Shown here in pieces: positions 27,424-39,500 of a DNA stretch of 64,000 bases (within the stretch, counting starts at the first letter, position 1; the number at the start of each line of letters is the position of its first letter). Source of the stretch: an archaeon (GTDB taxonomy: Archaea; Hydrothermarchaeota; Hydrothermarchaeia; JALTZZ01); the NCBI GenBank assembly GCA_027051165.1, contig JALTZZ010000035.1:4870-68869 (forward strand), written 5' to 3'. A model generated the notes under the pieces. That model saw only the letters and a list, made by a program, of their open reading frames with translations, did not search any database and had not been told where the DNA came from. A program made the position numbers and the translations under genes.

Positions 27424-28489
27424 CAGCTACTGCGGTTATTCCAAGATTTATAAGAGCTAATGGTAGTAGATACTTCCAGTAAAATGTTGGAATACTGTGG
27501 AGCCTTGCCCTCGGAAGTGTCATTCTTATCCACATTAAAACAAACATTATTGCAAGAGCCTTAGCAACTATTACGCCGAACTGAATAGCCCATTTAACTA
27601 CTGTATATGCAAAGCCTGATAGGAAGTTCTCAAGGAAGCTGAGAACGTATCCAAGCCCAGGAAGATGCCAACCTCCAAAGAACAGGAGAACGGCGAGCAT
27701 GCTTCCGAATACCATGTGAATGTATTCGGCAAACAGCAGCATTGCAAACTTCATTCCACTATATTCCGTATGAAAGCCAGCTATGAGCTCAGACTCGCTT
27801 TCCGGCATGTCAAACGGTATTCTCGACATCTCTGCAATGCTCGCTACGAAGAATACAAAGAATCCAAGAGGTTGCAGAATTATAATCCACTTTGGTATTA
27901 TGCCGAAGATATATTCGGTCTGATACTTTACAATATCAAAGACGTTTAGAGAGCCGACAACAAGGACAACACCCATTATGCTGAGCACAAGCGGTATCTC
28001 GTAGCTTAAATTTAGAGCCGCAGCCCTCATCGCTCCGAGCAAAGAGTATTTGTTGTTGGATGCCCACCCAGCCATTATTACTGGAATTATCGAGAGGCTT
28101 GCTAATGCGATTATGTAGAGGAGAGCAACGTTTAAATCTGCTAATATAAGACCATCCGCAAGTGGCATTGCTGCAAAGGGAAGAACGGCAAATGCAAATG
28201 CAAATACTGGGGCTAACGTAAATATCAATCTATCAGCAGCATAAGGTATAATGTCCTCTTTCTGTATAAGCTTTGCACCATCCGCAAGCGGCTGAAGCAG
28301 ACCATAGGGTCCAGTTCTGTTTGGACCATATCTGACATGTATTCTTGCGGCAACCTTTCTTTCAACCCAAGTAAGGAAGAGGACCATTAAAGATGCATAA
28401 AGAATTATAAAAAGACCTACTACTACACCCTTTGATATTCCAAGCAGTATTTTATTCGACATTATGTAGTCCACGAGCTCAGCTACCAT
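27407..28489 (-). CDS. nuoH: Complex I-like subunit H.
   Basis: 360-aa polytopic NuoH-type protein, with position in the operon consistent. Confidence 0.85.
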   Translation of the reverse strand: MVAELVDYIMSNKILLGISKGVVVGLFIILYASLMVLFLTWVERKVAARIHVRYGPNRTGPYGLLQPLADGAKLIQKEDIIPYAADRLIFTLAPVFAFAFAVLPFAAMPLADGLILADLNVALLYIIALASLSIIPVIMAGWASNNKYSLLGAMRAAALNLSYEIPLVLSIMGVVLVVGSLNVFDIVKYQTEYIFGIIPKWIIILQPLGFFVFFVASIAEMSRIPFDMPESESELIAGFHTEYSGMKFAMLLFAEYIHMVFGSMLAVLLFFGGWHLPGLGYVLSFLENFLSGFAYTVVKWAIQFGVIVAKALAIMFVLMWIRMTLPRARLHSIPTFYWKYLLPLALINLGITAVAVAVVG

Positions 28490-28495
28490 TTCGCA

Positions 28496-29647
28496 TCACC
28501 TATCTATATCCCCCATAACGATATCTATGCTTGCAAAGCTTAGCAGAAGATCCGGTATAAGCAGATTCTTGTTAAAATGTGGAAAAGCTGCTAAATTTGC
28601 AAAAGCCGGTGTTCTAAACTTAATTCTATACGGTTTATCGCTTTTTCCATCACTTATCAGATATACAGCCAGCTCTCCTCTTGGGGATTCTACCCTTGCA
28701 TACACCTCTCCAGCAGGAGGTTTTATAACCTTAGGAACCTTAGCCCTAATCTCACCATCTGGCAATTCTCTTAAAGCCTGTCTAACAATTCTTATGCTCT
28801 CCTTTATCTCATCAATCCTCACCATTACCCTTGCGTAAACATCCCCTTCTTTTCTTGTCACAATGTCAAAATCGAATCTATCATATATACAGTATGGATC
28901 TACCTTTCTTATATCATAAGCTACGCCACTTGCCCTTAAATTTGGTCCTGTTAATCCAAGGTTAATAGCCTCTTTTGCACTCACCTTTGCAACGCCCTGA
29001 AGTCTGTCAAGTAGTATTTCGTTCTCATTAATGTAGTTTTCATAATCCACAAGCCTCTTTTCTATAATATTAAGCGTTTTTTTACACTGCTCTACAAATT
29101 TTTCGCTAACATCTCTTTTAACACCACCAATTCTCATGTATGAATATAGAAACCTTGCACCAGACATCTCCTCAAGCAGATCAAGAACCATCTCTCTTTC
29201 TCTAAACCCATACATCATTATTGTCCAAGAGCCAAAATCTGCTCCAAATGTTGCAATAAATATAAGGTGACTCGCAATTCTCTGCAGTTCTGCGGCGATT
29301 ATTCTCAAGTAGTTGGCTCTCTCTGGAACTTCAATGCCCATAAGTTCTTCAACTGCAAGACAGTAAACAAGATTGTTGTTCATCGCAGAAAGGTAGTCCA
29401 TCCTATCCGTTATCGGTATTATCTGCGGATAAGTTCTGTTTTCACATATTTTCTCAACGCCTCTATGAAGGTAACCTATTACCGGAATAATTTCTTTAGC
29501 CCTTTCACCTTCAAGCTTTAAAACAAGCCTGCAAACGCCATGGGTGCTTGGATGATGAGGACCCATATTTAATATCATTTCACCGTCTTTTTCCTCAACT
29601 TCTAAACCTTCAATATTGTATTTCATTTCATCACCCCTTCTTCTCAA
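28496..29647 (-). CDS. nuoD: Complex I-like subunit D (49 kDa, NiFe-hydrogenase large-subunit-like).
   Basis: GPHHPSTHGV and RIEGHL-like motifs. Length is 383 aa. Confidence 0.9.
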   Translation of the reverse strand: MRRRGDEMKYNIEGLEVEEKDGEMILNMGPHHPSTHGVCRLVLKLEGERAKEIIPVIGYLHRGVEKICENRTYPQIIPITDRMDYLSAMNNNLVYCLAVEELMGIEVPERANYLRIIAAELQRIASHLIFIATFGADFGSWTIMMYGFREREMVLDLLEEMSGARFLYSYMRIGGVKRDVSEKFVEQCKKTLNIIEKRLVDYENYINENEILLDRLQGVAKVSAKEAINLGLTGPNLRASGVAYDIRKVDPYCIYDRFDFDIVTRKEGDVYARVMVRIDEIKESIRIVRQALRELPDGEIRAKVPKVIKPPAGEVYARVESPRGELAVYLISDGKSDKPYRIKFRTPAFANLAAFPHFNKNLLIPDLLLSFASIDIVMGDIDR

Positions 29648-30095
29648 ACCACTGTGCTGGCGTGAGCTTGAAATCCTTTCTTAGCGGAAAGCCTTTGAAG
29701 TCATGTGGCAAAAGTATTCTTCTCAAATCCGGGTGCCCCTCGTATACTATCCCCATCATATCGTAAGCTTCTCTCTCAAACCAGTCAGCGGCTTTCCATA
29801 TAGAATAGACACTCTTTATCTTTGGATCATCCTTCGGTATTATCGCTTTTATCTGAACGAGAACCCTTGTTTTTGCATTGAAGATGTGGTAAACACTTTC
29901 AAATCTGTCTTCATAGTCAACGGCACTTATGCATGAGAGGTATTCATATCCATTTTCATAGAGGTATTTACATACCTCGTATATATCATCTCTATTTATC
30001 GTTATAACAACTCTCCTCGCCCTTTGAATCTTTGCATCAAGTATTTTTTCACCAAACTTCTCCTTTAGCTGATTTATAATTTTATCTTCTTCCAT
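29631..30095 (-). CDS. nuoC: Complex I-like subunit C (30 kDa).
   Basis: 154 aa, in the position of the 30-kDa subunit. Confidence 0.8.
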   Translation of the reverse strand: MEEDKIINQLKEKFGEKILDAKIQRARRVVITINRDDIYEVCKYLYENGYEYLSCISAVDYEDRFESVYHIFNAKTRVLVQIKAIIPKDDPKIKSVYSIWKAADWFEREAYDMMGIVYEGHPDLRRILLPHDFKGFPLRKDFKLTPAQWFEKKG

Positions 30096-30107
30096 ACTTT
30101 TACCTCT

Positions 30108-30590
30108 CTATCTCTTTATCTCCCCTCTCCTTATTTTTTCTTGAAGCTTTATTATTCCGTATATAAGCCCCTCTGGTCTTGGTGGGCAACCGGGAACATA
30201 GACGTCTACGGGAATTATCTTATCAACTCCATCCACAACGCTGTAGCTATCGTAAAACGGACCACCGCTTATTGCACACTCTCCCATTGCGATCACGTAT
30301 TTCGGCTCCGGCATCTGCTCATAAAGACGTCTAACAAGAGGTGCCATCTTCTTCGTAACTGTTCCGGCGACTATCATTAAATCTGCCTGCCTCGGACTCG
30401 CTCTGAACAACATTCCAAAACGCTCGAAAGCATCAAAACGCGAGCAACCTGTAGCCATCATTTCTATAGCACAGCATGCTAAACCAAAGGTTAGTGGCCA
30501 CATTGCTCTTATTCTTGCCTCTCTTAATATGAACTCTTCAAGGAAATCCTTAATTTTTTGAAGGCTTAGCGTTAGTATTATAGGCTCCAT
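30108..30590 (-). CDS. nuoB: Complex I-like subunit B (20 kDa, N2-cluster subunit).
   Basis: [10 protein letters not shown], GxCAISGG and GCPPRPE motifs. Confidence 0.9.
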   Translation of the reverse strand: MEPIILTLSLQKIKDFLEEFILREARIRAMWPLTFGLACCAIEMMATGCSRFDAFERFGMLFRASPRQADLMIVAGTVTKKMAPLVRRLYEQMPEPKYVIAMGECAISGGPFYDSYSVVDGVDKIIPVDVYVPGCPPRPEGLIYGIIKLQEKIRRGEIKR

Positions 30591-30596
30591 ATGTTT

Positions 30597-30962
30597 TTAC
30601 CTCCATTCAAGTGCTTTCTCACGCCAAGCATATATCAAGCCAAGGGCTAAGACGACAATGAATATTATACCCTCGATAAGCAGCAGCGTTATGTTGCCGA
30701 AACTCTTGAAGATCTCTGCCCATGGAAAGAGAACAACGGCTTCAACATCGAAGACCACGAAAAGCAGTGCAAAGAGGTAATACTGCACATCATAAGGTTT
30801 TCTCGCATCGCCGAAGGGAATAAGCCCGCATTCGTAGGTTAAATATTTATCTGGTTCCGGCTTTGTAGGTCTCAAAAGCCTTGATAGCAGAAACGTTATA
30901 ACGGGAAACACCATCGCAATTAAAGCAAACACCCCAATGGCTATATACTCCCCCGTTAGCAT
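30597..30962 (-). CDS. nuoA: Complex I-like subunit A.
   Basis: 121 aa with 3 TM helices and the YECG motif. It is the first gene of the operon. Confidence 0.85.
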   Translation of the reverse strand: MLTGEYIAIGVFALIAMVFPVITFLLSRLLRPTKPEPDKYLTYECGLIPFGDARKPYDVQYYLFALLFVVFDVEAVVLFPWAEIFKSFGNITLLLIEGIIFIVVLALGLIYAWREKALEWR

Positions 30963-31119
30963 GCTCGCACCTTCTTAACTCAAAGTTTTTATATTCTAAA
31001 ACCAAGGTATAGGGATAATACTTTTAATATATAAATTTAACGGTAGTTTCAATGAATCCAAAAAGATAAAAAGCTATAAAACATCTCTAAAAATTAATAT
31101 AACCTTATAAAAAGAGAAT
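30963..31119. promoter_or_regulatory. AT-rich divergent promoter region between the nuo operon (minus strand) and the FAH-family gene (plus strand).
   Basis: TATA-like tracts (tttatattc, tttaatatataaattt) and the divergent gene arrangement. Confidence 0.35.
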
Positions 31120-31893
31120 GTGGTGATGATTTTGAAAATATGCAGAGTCATGTATAAGAATAAAAAATGCTTCGGAGTAATTGATGGAGAGGATGTTTAT
31201 ATTTTTGATAGTTTTGAAAAAATAGAGAGCAATGAATATTTAGAATGTAAGAAAATGGTCAAACTTAAACTGCTCGCTCCAGTAGAACCGAGCAAAATTG
31301 TCTGTATAGGCTTAAACTACGTTGATCATGCAAAGGAGCTCGGGATGAAGATTCCAGAGGAACCTATAATATTCCTAAAGCCCCCCAGCAGTGTTGTGGG
31401 AGATCGGGAATACATAATATTACCAAGTTCTTCAAGTAGAGTAGATTATGAGGCTGAGCTCGCAGTGGTAATCGGCAAGCGGGGAAAGAACATTCCAGAA
31501 AAAGACGCTTATAAGTATGTCCTCGGTTATACGTGCTTTAACGACGTAACTGCAAGGGATTTACAGAAAAAAGATGGTCAATGGACAAGATCAAAGAGCT
31601 TTGATACATTCGCTCCGATAGGTCCTTGGATAGTAACAAAAGACGAGATTAGGAATCCTCACAAGCTGGACATAAAGCTGATACTAAACAATGAAATAAA
31701 GCAGAATTCAAACACAAAAAATTTAATATTTTCCATTCCCAAGCTCATATCTTTTATTTCAGAGATAATGACTCTCGAACCATTTGATGTTATAGCCACT
31801 GGCACTCCTCCGGGTGTTGGACCCTTAAAAAGAGGAGATACTGTAAAGGTGCATATAGAAAAGATTGGCACGCTAACCAACTACGTTCTTTAG
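31120..31893 (+). CDS. Fumarylacetoacetate hydrolase (FAH) family hydratase/isomerase.
   Basis: GLNYVDHAKELG, DYEAELAVVIGK and GYTCFNDVTARDLQ. Confidence 0.85.
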   Translation: MVMILKICRVMYKNKKCFGVIDGEDVYIFDSFEKIESNEYLECKKMVKLKLLAPVEPSKIVCIGLNYVDHAKELGMKIPEEPIIFLKPPSSVVGDREYIILPSSSSRVDYEAELAVVIGKRGKNIPEKDAYKYVLGYTCFNDVTARDLQKKDGQWTRSKSFDTFAPIGPWIVTKDEIRNPHKLDIKLILNNEIKQNSNTKNLIFSIPKLISFISEIMTLEPFDVIATGTPPGVGPLKRGDTVKVHIEKIGTLTNYVL

Positions 31894-31917
31894 TTTTTTA
31901 TTTTATTATTTTTTATT

Positions 31918-32442
31918 TTAAACAGAGTATATAAAAACCGCTATAGATATGGCAAAAATTATTGTGTAAAATATTTTTTCGTAAAAGACTTTTTCTGTAG
32001 CCTTTACTAAAGTTTTTTCAACGACTTCTTTTTTAAGGGATTCTAATGCAATACCCTTCTTTGCATGCACAACTTCTTCTCCTGCTTTAGCTCTGGCTGC
32101 ACGATGCGTTATTTCAATAATCTTGTATGCAGAAGCCATTGATGTTGTTGATGATAAAATTAGCGATATAATATACCTTTTCTTCTCTATACCTTTTATT
32201 ATTGAAAGAAGACTTGAAATCCAGCTTCTCGCATAATCTTCATTCAACCTTACAGTGTTAACCTCCTTTTCTCCCCTGTTTATCTTCTTAATCTCGACTA
32301 TACCTTCCTTTTCCATCTTCCTTAATACCTTAAAAACTTGTTAATAATCTTTTTTTATCAATTTTGATATCTGATATATGTTCATCTCGCCATTTTCTAT
32401 AAGAACTTTTATTATTTTATCCCTTGTTGAAAGCTTCAGCAT
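31918..32442 (-). pseudogene. Membrane-anchored winged-helix regulator interrupted by a single in-frame TAA (complement of 32341-32343). It reads MLKLSTRDKIIKVLIENGEMNIYQISKLIKKDY*QVFKVLRKMEKEGIVEIKK... and ends with a C-terminal TM helix.
   Basis: Hand translation shows the 33-codon upstream segment and the 132-aa ORF (31918-32316) are in the same frame, separated by one stop. The combined sequence forms a complete HTH plus wing. Confidence 0.5.
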
Positions 32443-32452
32443 CGCTTAAATA

Positions 32453-33592
32453 ATGGATTTTGAAATATATAAAATCATGTTTGACGTAGCTATAGTAGGT
32501 GGGAGCTCGACAGGCTTGATAGCTGCGAGAGAGCTCTCAAAGCATGGTTTAAGAGTGTGCGTCCTTGAAGAGCATGAAATAGGTGAAGTAGTATGCTCTG
32601 GGCTGATAAGTGTAAACGGTGTTAAGGAGCTTGGTATAAAGCCGGAGAACGTTGAAAATATAATAAGAGGTGTGAGATTTGTATCTCCGAGCAATGTTGA
32701 AATATATGCACATTCAAATATAGACAGGGCTTTTGTAGTTAATAGGGGGCTCTTCGACAGGCAGATTGCTGAGGAAGCTCTTTCAAGCGGAGCTAAGATA
32801 TTTGAGAAATTTAGAGCTAAAAAAATAGCTTTTAAAAATGATTATGTTGATATTAACGGTGAGATAAGGGCTAAGATTGTTCTCGGCTGCGATGGTTTAA
32901 AAAGCATTGTTGCAAGAGCGTGCTCTTTAAATCCTCCGAGAAGAGTTGTTGCCTCTGCAAAAGCAGTATTTAAAAACGCAGACTACCTTCAAGAAGATGT
33001 TGCAGAAGTCTATTTTAGGGATTATGCCAAGGGATTTTTTGCATGGATTCTGCCAAGGGGAAAATGTGTTGAAATAGGTGTGGGTGTTAGAAAAGCTAAT
33101 TTAAGACTTGCATTAGAGAGATTTCTTAAGGAGAGGGGCTTAGAATTAAAGAGCTTTCAAACAGGGGCTTTTCCAGTGGAAGTCGTCTCGGATACGTGTG
33201 GATATAGGGCTATGATCGTTGGGAACTCTGCCGGACAAGTTAAGGCAAGCACCGGAGGAGGTGTTATTACCGGCGGCATCTGTGCAAAAATTGCGAGTAA
33301 AGCATGCCTTAAGTCCTTGGAAGAGGATAAATTCGATAAAGACTTTTATAAAAAGAATTACGAAGATATTTGGAAAAAAAGCCTTCTAAGGGAGTTCTAT
33401 GCACATATTATAATAAGGGAGCTCTATGAAAGGCTCGATAAGCACAGCCTCGATGCCCTTTTTAAAATAGCGAGAGAAGAGGGGATAGATAAGATAATGA
33501 TAAAATATAGAGACACAGACAAACCTTCAAAATTTTTAGATGAGATAATGAAAAAAGAAAAAATTATTTCATTTCTTTCGCAGTTTATTTAG
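32453..33592 (+). CDS. Geranylgeranyl reductase family FAD-dependent oxidoreductase (digeranylgeranylglycerophospholipid reductase-like).
   Basis: FDVAIVGGSSTGLIAAREL dinucleotide fold, with GCDG and GNSAG motifs. Start is possibly ATG 32477. Confidence 0.85.
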   Translation: MDFEIYKIMFDVAIVGGSSTGLIAARELSKHGLRVCVLEEHEIGEVVCSGLISVNGVKELGIKPENVENIIRGVRFVSPSNVEIYAHSNIDRAFVVNRGLFDRQIAEEALSSGAKIFEKFRAKKIAFKNDYVDINGEIRAKIVLGCDGLKSIVARACSLNPPRRVVASAKAVFKNADYLQEDVAEVYFRDYAKGFFAWILPRGKCVEIGVGVRKANLRLALERFLKERGLELKSFQTGAFPVEVVSDTCGYRAMIVGNSAGQVKASTGGGVITGGICAKIASKACLKSLEEDKFDKDFYKKNYEDIWKKSLLREFYAHIIIRELYERLDKHSLDALFKIAREEGIDKIMIKYRDTDKPSKFLDEIMKKEKIISFLSQFI

Positions 33593-36500
33593 TTCCTGTT
33601 TATCCTTATCCATACAACCTTTCTCTTTCCGGGCTCTGCTTTTATAGTAACTGTCTTTTCTAAGAGTTTTTCTTCAAATAAGTCAGGATCGAGCCACCTT
33701 GCCTTTACTGTTATTTCTTTATCTCTAATTTTAAATACACCATAGTTCTTTGTTCCTTTTGATTTAACAAGCATTGTTTTTGAGTATTTATTGACGAATA
33801 CGTCAACGTAGAGATCATCGTCGTCCAAATTTTCAACTATCACCTCTACTTCTGTTGGCAGTATATCCGCAAATATCTCGCTTATCTGCCTCTTCGCAGT
33901 GTCGCTTATATCAACGGCTATTATTTTTATCGGCTTTCTGCTCTTATCCACTCTATTATCTTTGAGAAACCCTAAAACACTTTTCGGAACACTGTCTTTA
34001 ACGTATATTATAGGTGCATTCATGTATTCGGATATCAAAACTGCTCTGGTGCTTATGTTTCTTCCATCAGTTACAACAATAACCTTTAGATCAAGCTTCT
34101 TCTTTTTGTAGGCTTTTGCAAGCTCTACCGCAGTTTCGTATCTCGTTTCGCCCCAAATTCTCTCAACCTCATACCTCTCTCTTAAATAGTTCTCTACTTC
34201 TTTTGATATAGCTTTTTCTCCGCCAACGATAATTACCTTCATTGGAGATATCTCATCTATTGCAAGCAGTGCACTTGAAACAAGCTCATCTGGCTTCGTA
34301 AGTATTATAGGATATCTGCTTATTTTTGCAAAGGCTATTGCAGCTACGGCATCTGCGGGTATATCCCCCCTTGCAAGAACTACAGTTCCAGAGTATCTGA
34401 ACTTCTCCAAAATCATCTTATTTGCAACCTCGTAGACATCTCCATCAATTTCTATAATATCCTTGGCTTCTATTCCTTCCGCAAATACAGGCTTATCCAT
34501 AAGAGCTAATATTGGATAGACACTTATTGGAGCTTTATAGAAAGTCTTATCCTCAAGTTTGTATTCCTTAATAAACAATTTCATGAACTTCGCATTTACG
34601 GTATTAATGCCACTCTCCACGGTAAATTCCTCTATTTTTCTCGGAGCTGGAGCTGCACCTCCTCCGCCTCCTCCACCAACTGCTGGCTGATAGCCCGAAA
34701 TAGCTACGGTTATACTCTTAGACACCTTTTCAGCATTTATACACGAAGCTTCTGCAGTAAAGGTTACGCTATTCTCGTTTGGAAGGTTAACTGTAAAGTT
34801 TATTGTTTTTGTCGTTTTTGGCTGAATATCTGTTGATTGAGCACCAAAGTTTATAAGCTTTATATAACATTCTTTTGCAATTTCACTTTCAATGTTTTCT
34901 ACATTTACGCTCACAACAACGCTTTCTCCTACCTCGAGCTTCCCATAAACGTCAATTTTTGTTATGTTAATTTTCGTATGGTTTAATACATGCAATCCCA
35001 CACTTTCGTTTGTTTCGTTTGCGTTGCTTGCATTCACCTTGAACAATAACGTATAGTTTCCTCTGCTTGCGAAAATTAGGCTAAATGTTTCATTCCAGCT
35101 TTCAAGGTAATCAAGCTTATCCAAGTGTCTACTCTCGTTTTTAACACCTGATACAAGAGATAGGGTCAAATTCTTTGCACTTGAATTTCCACCATTTTTA
35201 ACGATAATACCCATATTCAAGCTCTTATTTACAACCCAGTATTTTGGTGCATCTACATATATTATAAGCCATGGCTCATTTGAGTATACGATTGTTATGT
35301 TTGTGCTTGCATGCACAGTGTAGCTTCCCCTTATTATCTCTCCCCCAATCGCTCTCTCTATTAAATAGCTTAGGGTTGCGTTTATAGTATAGTTTCCAGT
35401 CCAGTTTGCTTTAAGTGTGAATTCCTCAACATAGCTCCCTATGCTCAGCTCGCCCAAGCTCTTTGATGTATTCTCTCCGCTGATGTTGCTTGGTAATATA
35501 ATTTCAATTGTTGCATTTTTTATTCCGATATTACTTACATTTATATAAGCCTTTAATCTAAAATCAGCATTAACCGGATACTTTTCTGGTGCTTCTATGC
35601 TTAGATTTACATTTGGAACAACAACCACATTTCCACCACTTGGATCTATTGTTATGTTGTTGTATAAAAGCCTAACGTTAAATCCTGAGATAACCCCTGT
35701 TTCGTTTGTAAATGCCGTCCAGTTTACGGTTATCGTCTCGTTGGGGGATAGAATCTTTGGAGTGGTAAACTTAACCTGATCGTATATGTAGACAAATTTA
35801 TCCTTCGGCGGTATAAGGGTTACGTTCATTATACTTACATTCCTGTTTTCTTTGTTTGTGATGTTCACTTTAACTGTGAAGTTTACGAATGGATAGACAA
35901 CGCTCGGCTCTACCGCTATTGTTCCTTTAACAACCCCTGGGACTATTTCAATCGTCTTGCTGAACTCCTTGGATATTCCTCCATAGCTAACCTTAGCCAC
36001 TACTGTATAATTGCCCAGAGGTATCGGATTCTGGTTGTGATCTCCTACTATCCATGTAACCTCATAGTCCATTTCTCCGTTCAGCGGTGTGTTCTCAAAC
36101 CTCAAGTTCGGATTTTCCTCCGGATTAAATATCTTATAGAGAGTTCCTCCTCTTGTAATAGAAATTGTTATGTTTCCGTAGTTTATGGTGGTGTAGCCTT
36201 CGTTTTTAAGTTTAACTTTTATATCAGCAGCCTCACCATTTATAAGGCTCTGATTTATTATTATATCTACGATGCTCAGATTTACGATCTCTATACCTTT
36301 TGTTATGTAGTCAACGACATTGTTGCCTTCAACAAGCTTTGCTCTAAGCGTATATGCTCCAGTTGGCAGATAGTAGCCGGCTATTCTTCCGTCCCAAGAA
36401 TACTCCTTATAAACGCTTCCAAGGATGTTGAAGTTCTCCTCAGCTATAATTCCTATTGTGCTGTTTGTGGAGTTTAGAATCTCTAAAACAAGCTTCACAT

Positions 36501-39500
36501 TCTTCTCAGTTTCCGAGAACATGTTTATGTATATCTTCATTGCTACACCGTATGCAAGCTCGCTTAAGCTCGTTCTCATGCTCGATATCCCTATAGGCTT
36601 CTCAGAAACGTTTATAAACATTTCTTTTTCTGCAGAGGATATTCCGTATTTGAGCTCTACTTTTATTCTATATACTCCGGGGGAATCAAATGTTATCAAA
36701 AATCCTTCTCTTTTAGTTGAATAGCTCGGCATCTTAACAGCTTTTGTTTCTACATTCGTGCACGTTATGTTGCAGACGTATAGAGAGAGGTTCGCATCAA
36801 GCTCTGGTGCAATGTTTATCAGGGTAACGTTTACCTCTGTGCTCATGTTTACAAAAGTCTTTTCCGGCATGTCTATTGACAGTATTCCAGCTCTCTCCAA
36901 GATAATATTTTTTCCTCCCTCAAGCACCGTTGTATATGATTCGTTTGCATCCGCATATTTAAGCTCATATTCTATAACGTTTGCACCATGGCTTCCGTTT
37001 ATCAGACTTTCCAGTTTCCAGAGCTTTGATATGTTATAAACCTCATCCTCATGCAGATATCTATTCAGTATTACTGTTCCCTCGGAGCCCGGCTGTATGT
37101 CTGTGAAGAATTTAACCCTGTATGCAAGTTCCTTGAGCTTAACGGTGCTGTTAGCACTTATTGAGAAGTTTATGTATATGCTTTCGCCGGGATAAGCAAC
37201 TCCTTTTGTGTTTACTTCAACATCTATCAGGTGCTCAAATCTAAGCTTTGCATACTTCCAAACATCTTTACCATCTATGCTCGCAGATACCTCAAGTATT
37301 ACATCCCCCTCTTCTATAGCAACGCTCTTCAGCTCAACGTATCCCTCGTATAGCCCGCTTAAGTAATTGTTCTCGCTAAGCGTTCCTTCAGCAATTATCC
37401 TTCCTTTGCCGTCCCATATCTTATAGCTTACGCTCTTTCCAGATAATAAATTGTTTGTAGTCATGTTTCTAAGATAAACAGCAATAAGCATTCCATTTCT
37501 TAAAATATCTTCACTTTCAGGTTCTTTAAATTCTATAAAAGCTGGAGATACGAGTATATCATCAAAGTAAACAGCATCGTTGAAGTATACCTTAACTCTA
37601 ACTCCGTCTGAGCTGTATAGATCGCTCCACTTCGGATTTGTTATGTCCTTTATTATATCTATGAAGCCGTTTCTGTAGCTTTTGTTATATACCGTAATAT
37701 TTTCTGAGTTTTCTGCAAGTAATCCTTCTTCTATAAAGACAAACACACCTCTATTTTTATCCAGCACCCTTCTTACCTTATAAAGCTCAGCTTTTATCTC
37801 ACCAGTAATATCAATGTCTTGCATATTAACCGCTGTGTAGTTTATTCTGAATCTGTTTTTTTGCTCAATAACGCTGTTGTATAGATCTTCCTTAAAGACT
37901 TTTACTCCGTTTACATATATATCAAATCCTGCAAGCTTTATTTCAGGATATACCTTCAAGACTTTCTCAAATGTGAATGTTACAAATTTGAGGTTGTCTG
38001 GATTTATATATGACACATTAACAACAAACGTGTAGTTCTTTGCATCTGGATCTATTGTAAGGTTTTCTCCAGAGAATATTGTAGTTGTAGGCTTGCCGTA
38101 TCTCCTCAGCGATATTTCACTCCATGAAATGTTTTTAACGTTCTCAACACCGTTTTTAAACACCTCTACAGATATGTTTACCGTTATGTTGAAGTATCCT
38201 AAGTTTATCACGTAGGGAACTATGGTTACATTTCCGCTCTCGTTTGAAACTTCCTTAACTGCTAAATTATCCTTTGTTACAAGCAGATCAACCGTGATCG
38301 GATTTACATAAAACATCTTCATAAATTCTGGTAGAATGTGGTCTACTGTAGCTCCTCTTGAATTTTCTATTTCAAAATATGGATTTCTGTATTTTATCCT
38401 TATAAAGACGCTATGATTCTGATCTATTATCGAATTCGCAGTATCCCATACAAACGTGAAGAACTCAGTTGTATTCGGCTTTATAAGCTTTTCATCCGTT
38501 GAAAACTCAAGCGTTCTTCCGCTTCTATCAACAACCTGATATATTATTGATGCATTTAAGCCGAGGAAGTATGCTAAGCATGTAACGTTACTCGTCTCTA
38601 CCCTGTTCTTGACCTCTAAGCTGAAGCTGTTCTTATCTCCGTAGTTAACAAATTTCTTTTCCATGCTAAATGATAGAAGCTCCACCGGGTGGAGTATCGT
38701 TATCTCCTTAGGATAGCTTATCCCTATTAAGCTGTTCTTGTAGTATACGTATGCATAGAGCGAGAAGTTACCTTCTACATAGTATGGTATATTTGGTATT
38801 ATATCGGTCTTATACCATAAACCGTCTTTGTATACGGCATCTACTTCATAGTATATTATGTTATTCTTTATTACCTTAAACGTTACCTTGTAATCCTTTG
38901 GATCTGAAACGTTGCGGAAATAAGTATAGGTTACCTTTTCTCCGGGTATATAGTAGCTTAAACATGAGAACATTCTTTCAACGATCTCAGCTGTTGTTTT
39001 TAATCCCTTAACAACCGTAAGCGTGCCGCCAAATCTATACGATGCTCTTCCATCGTAGCTAAGGTTTGCAGCTATGCTATAAGTTCCGCTCGCCAAAGCT
39101 AAAGAAAATTCATGTTCCGTAACAGAAAATGCTGGAAGGATTACGTTTCTTTCTCCATGAGAAGATGAGTTAACGTATAGAGTGAGCGTTGCGTTCATTC
39201 TTTCTCCAATGTTCTTTACTAAAACCTTTATCGTTGCATTGCTTCCCTCCTCAACTCCCTCTGGGATTTCTATTCCTATTATGCCGGCTTTTTCTAAGGT
39301 AAACGTTGTAGTGTTTTCAATTGTGTAATTTATTCCGTCTCTTTCAAATATTACGTAGGCAACTATTGTATTTATTCCGTAGGTTCCGTATCTCGCATTC
39401 TCAGCGTTCCAAGGTGAAATTTCTTTCAAAACGCTCTTATTAATCTGGAGAAATTCATCAACCGTAATGCTGTAGCTGCTGTTCACCTGCTCATAGCCGC

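Noticed and set aside
32317-32442. Initial reading that the wHTH N-terminal segment was out of frame (a frameshift) with the 132-aa ORF.
   Set aside because: Re-indexing the sequence showed both segments are in the same frame, separated by a single TAA. It is reported as an in-frame stop interruption instead.
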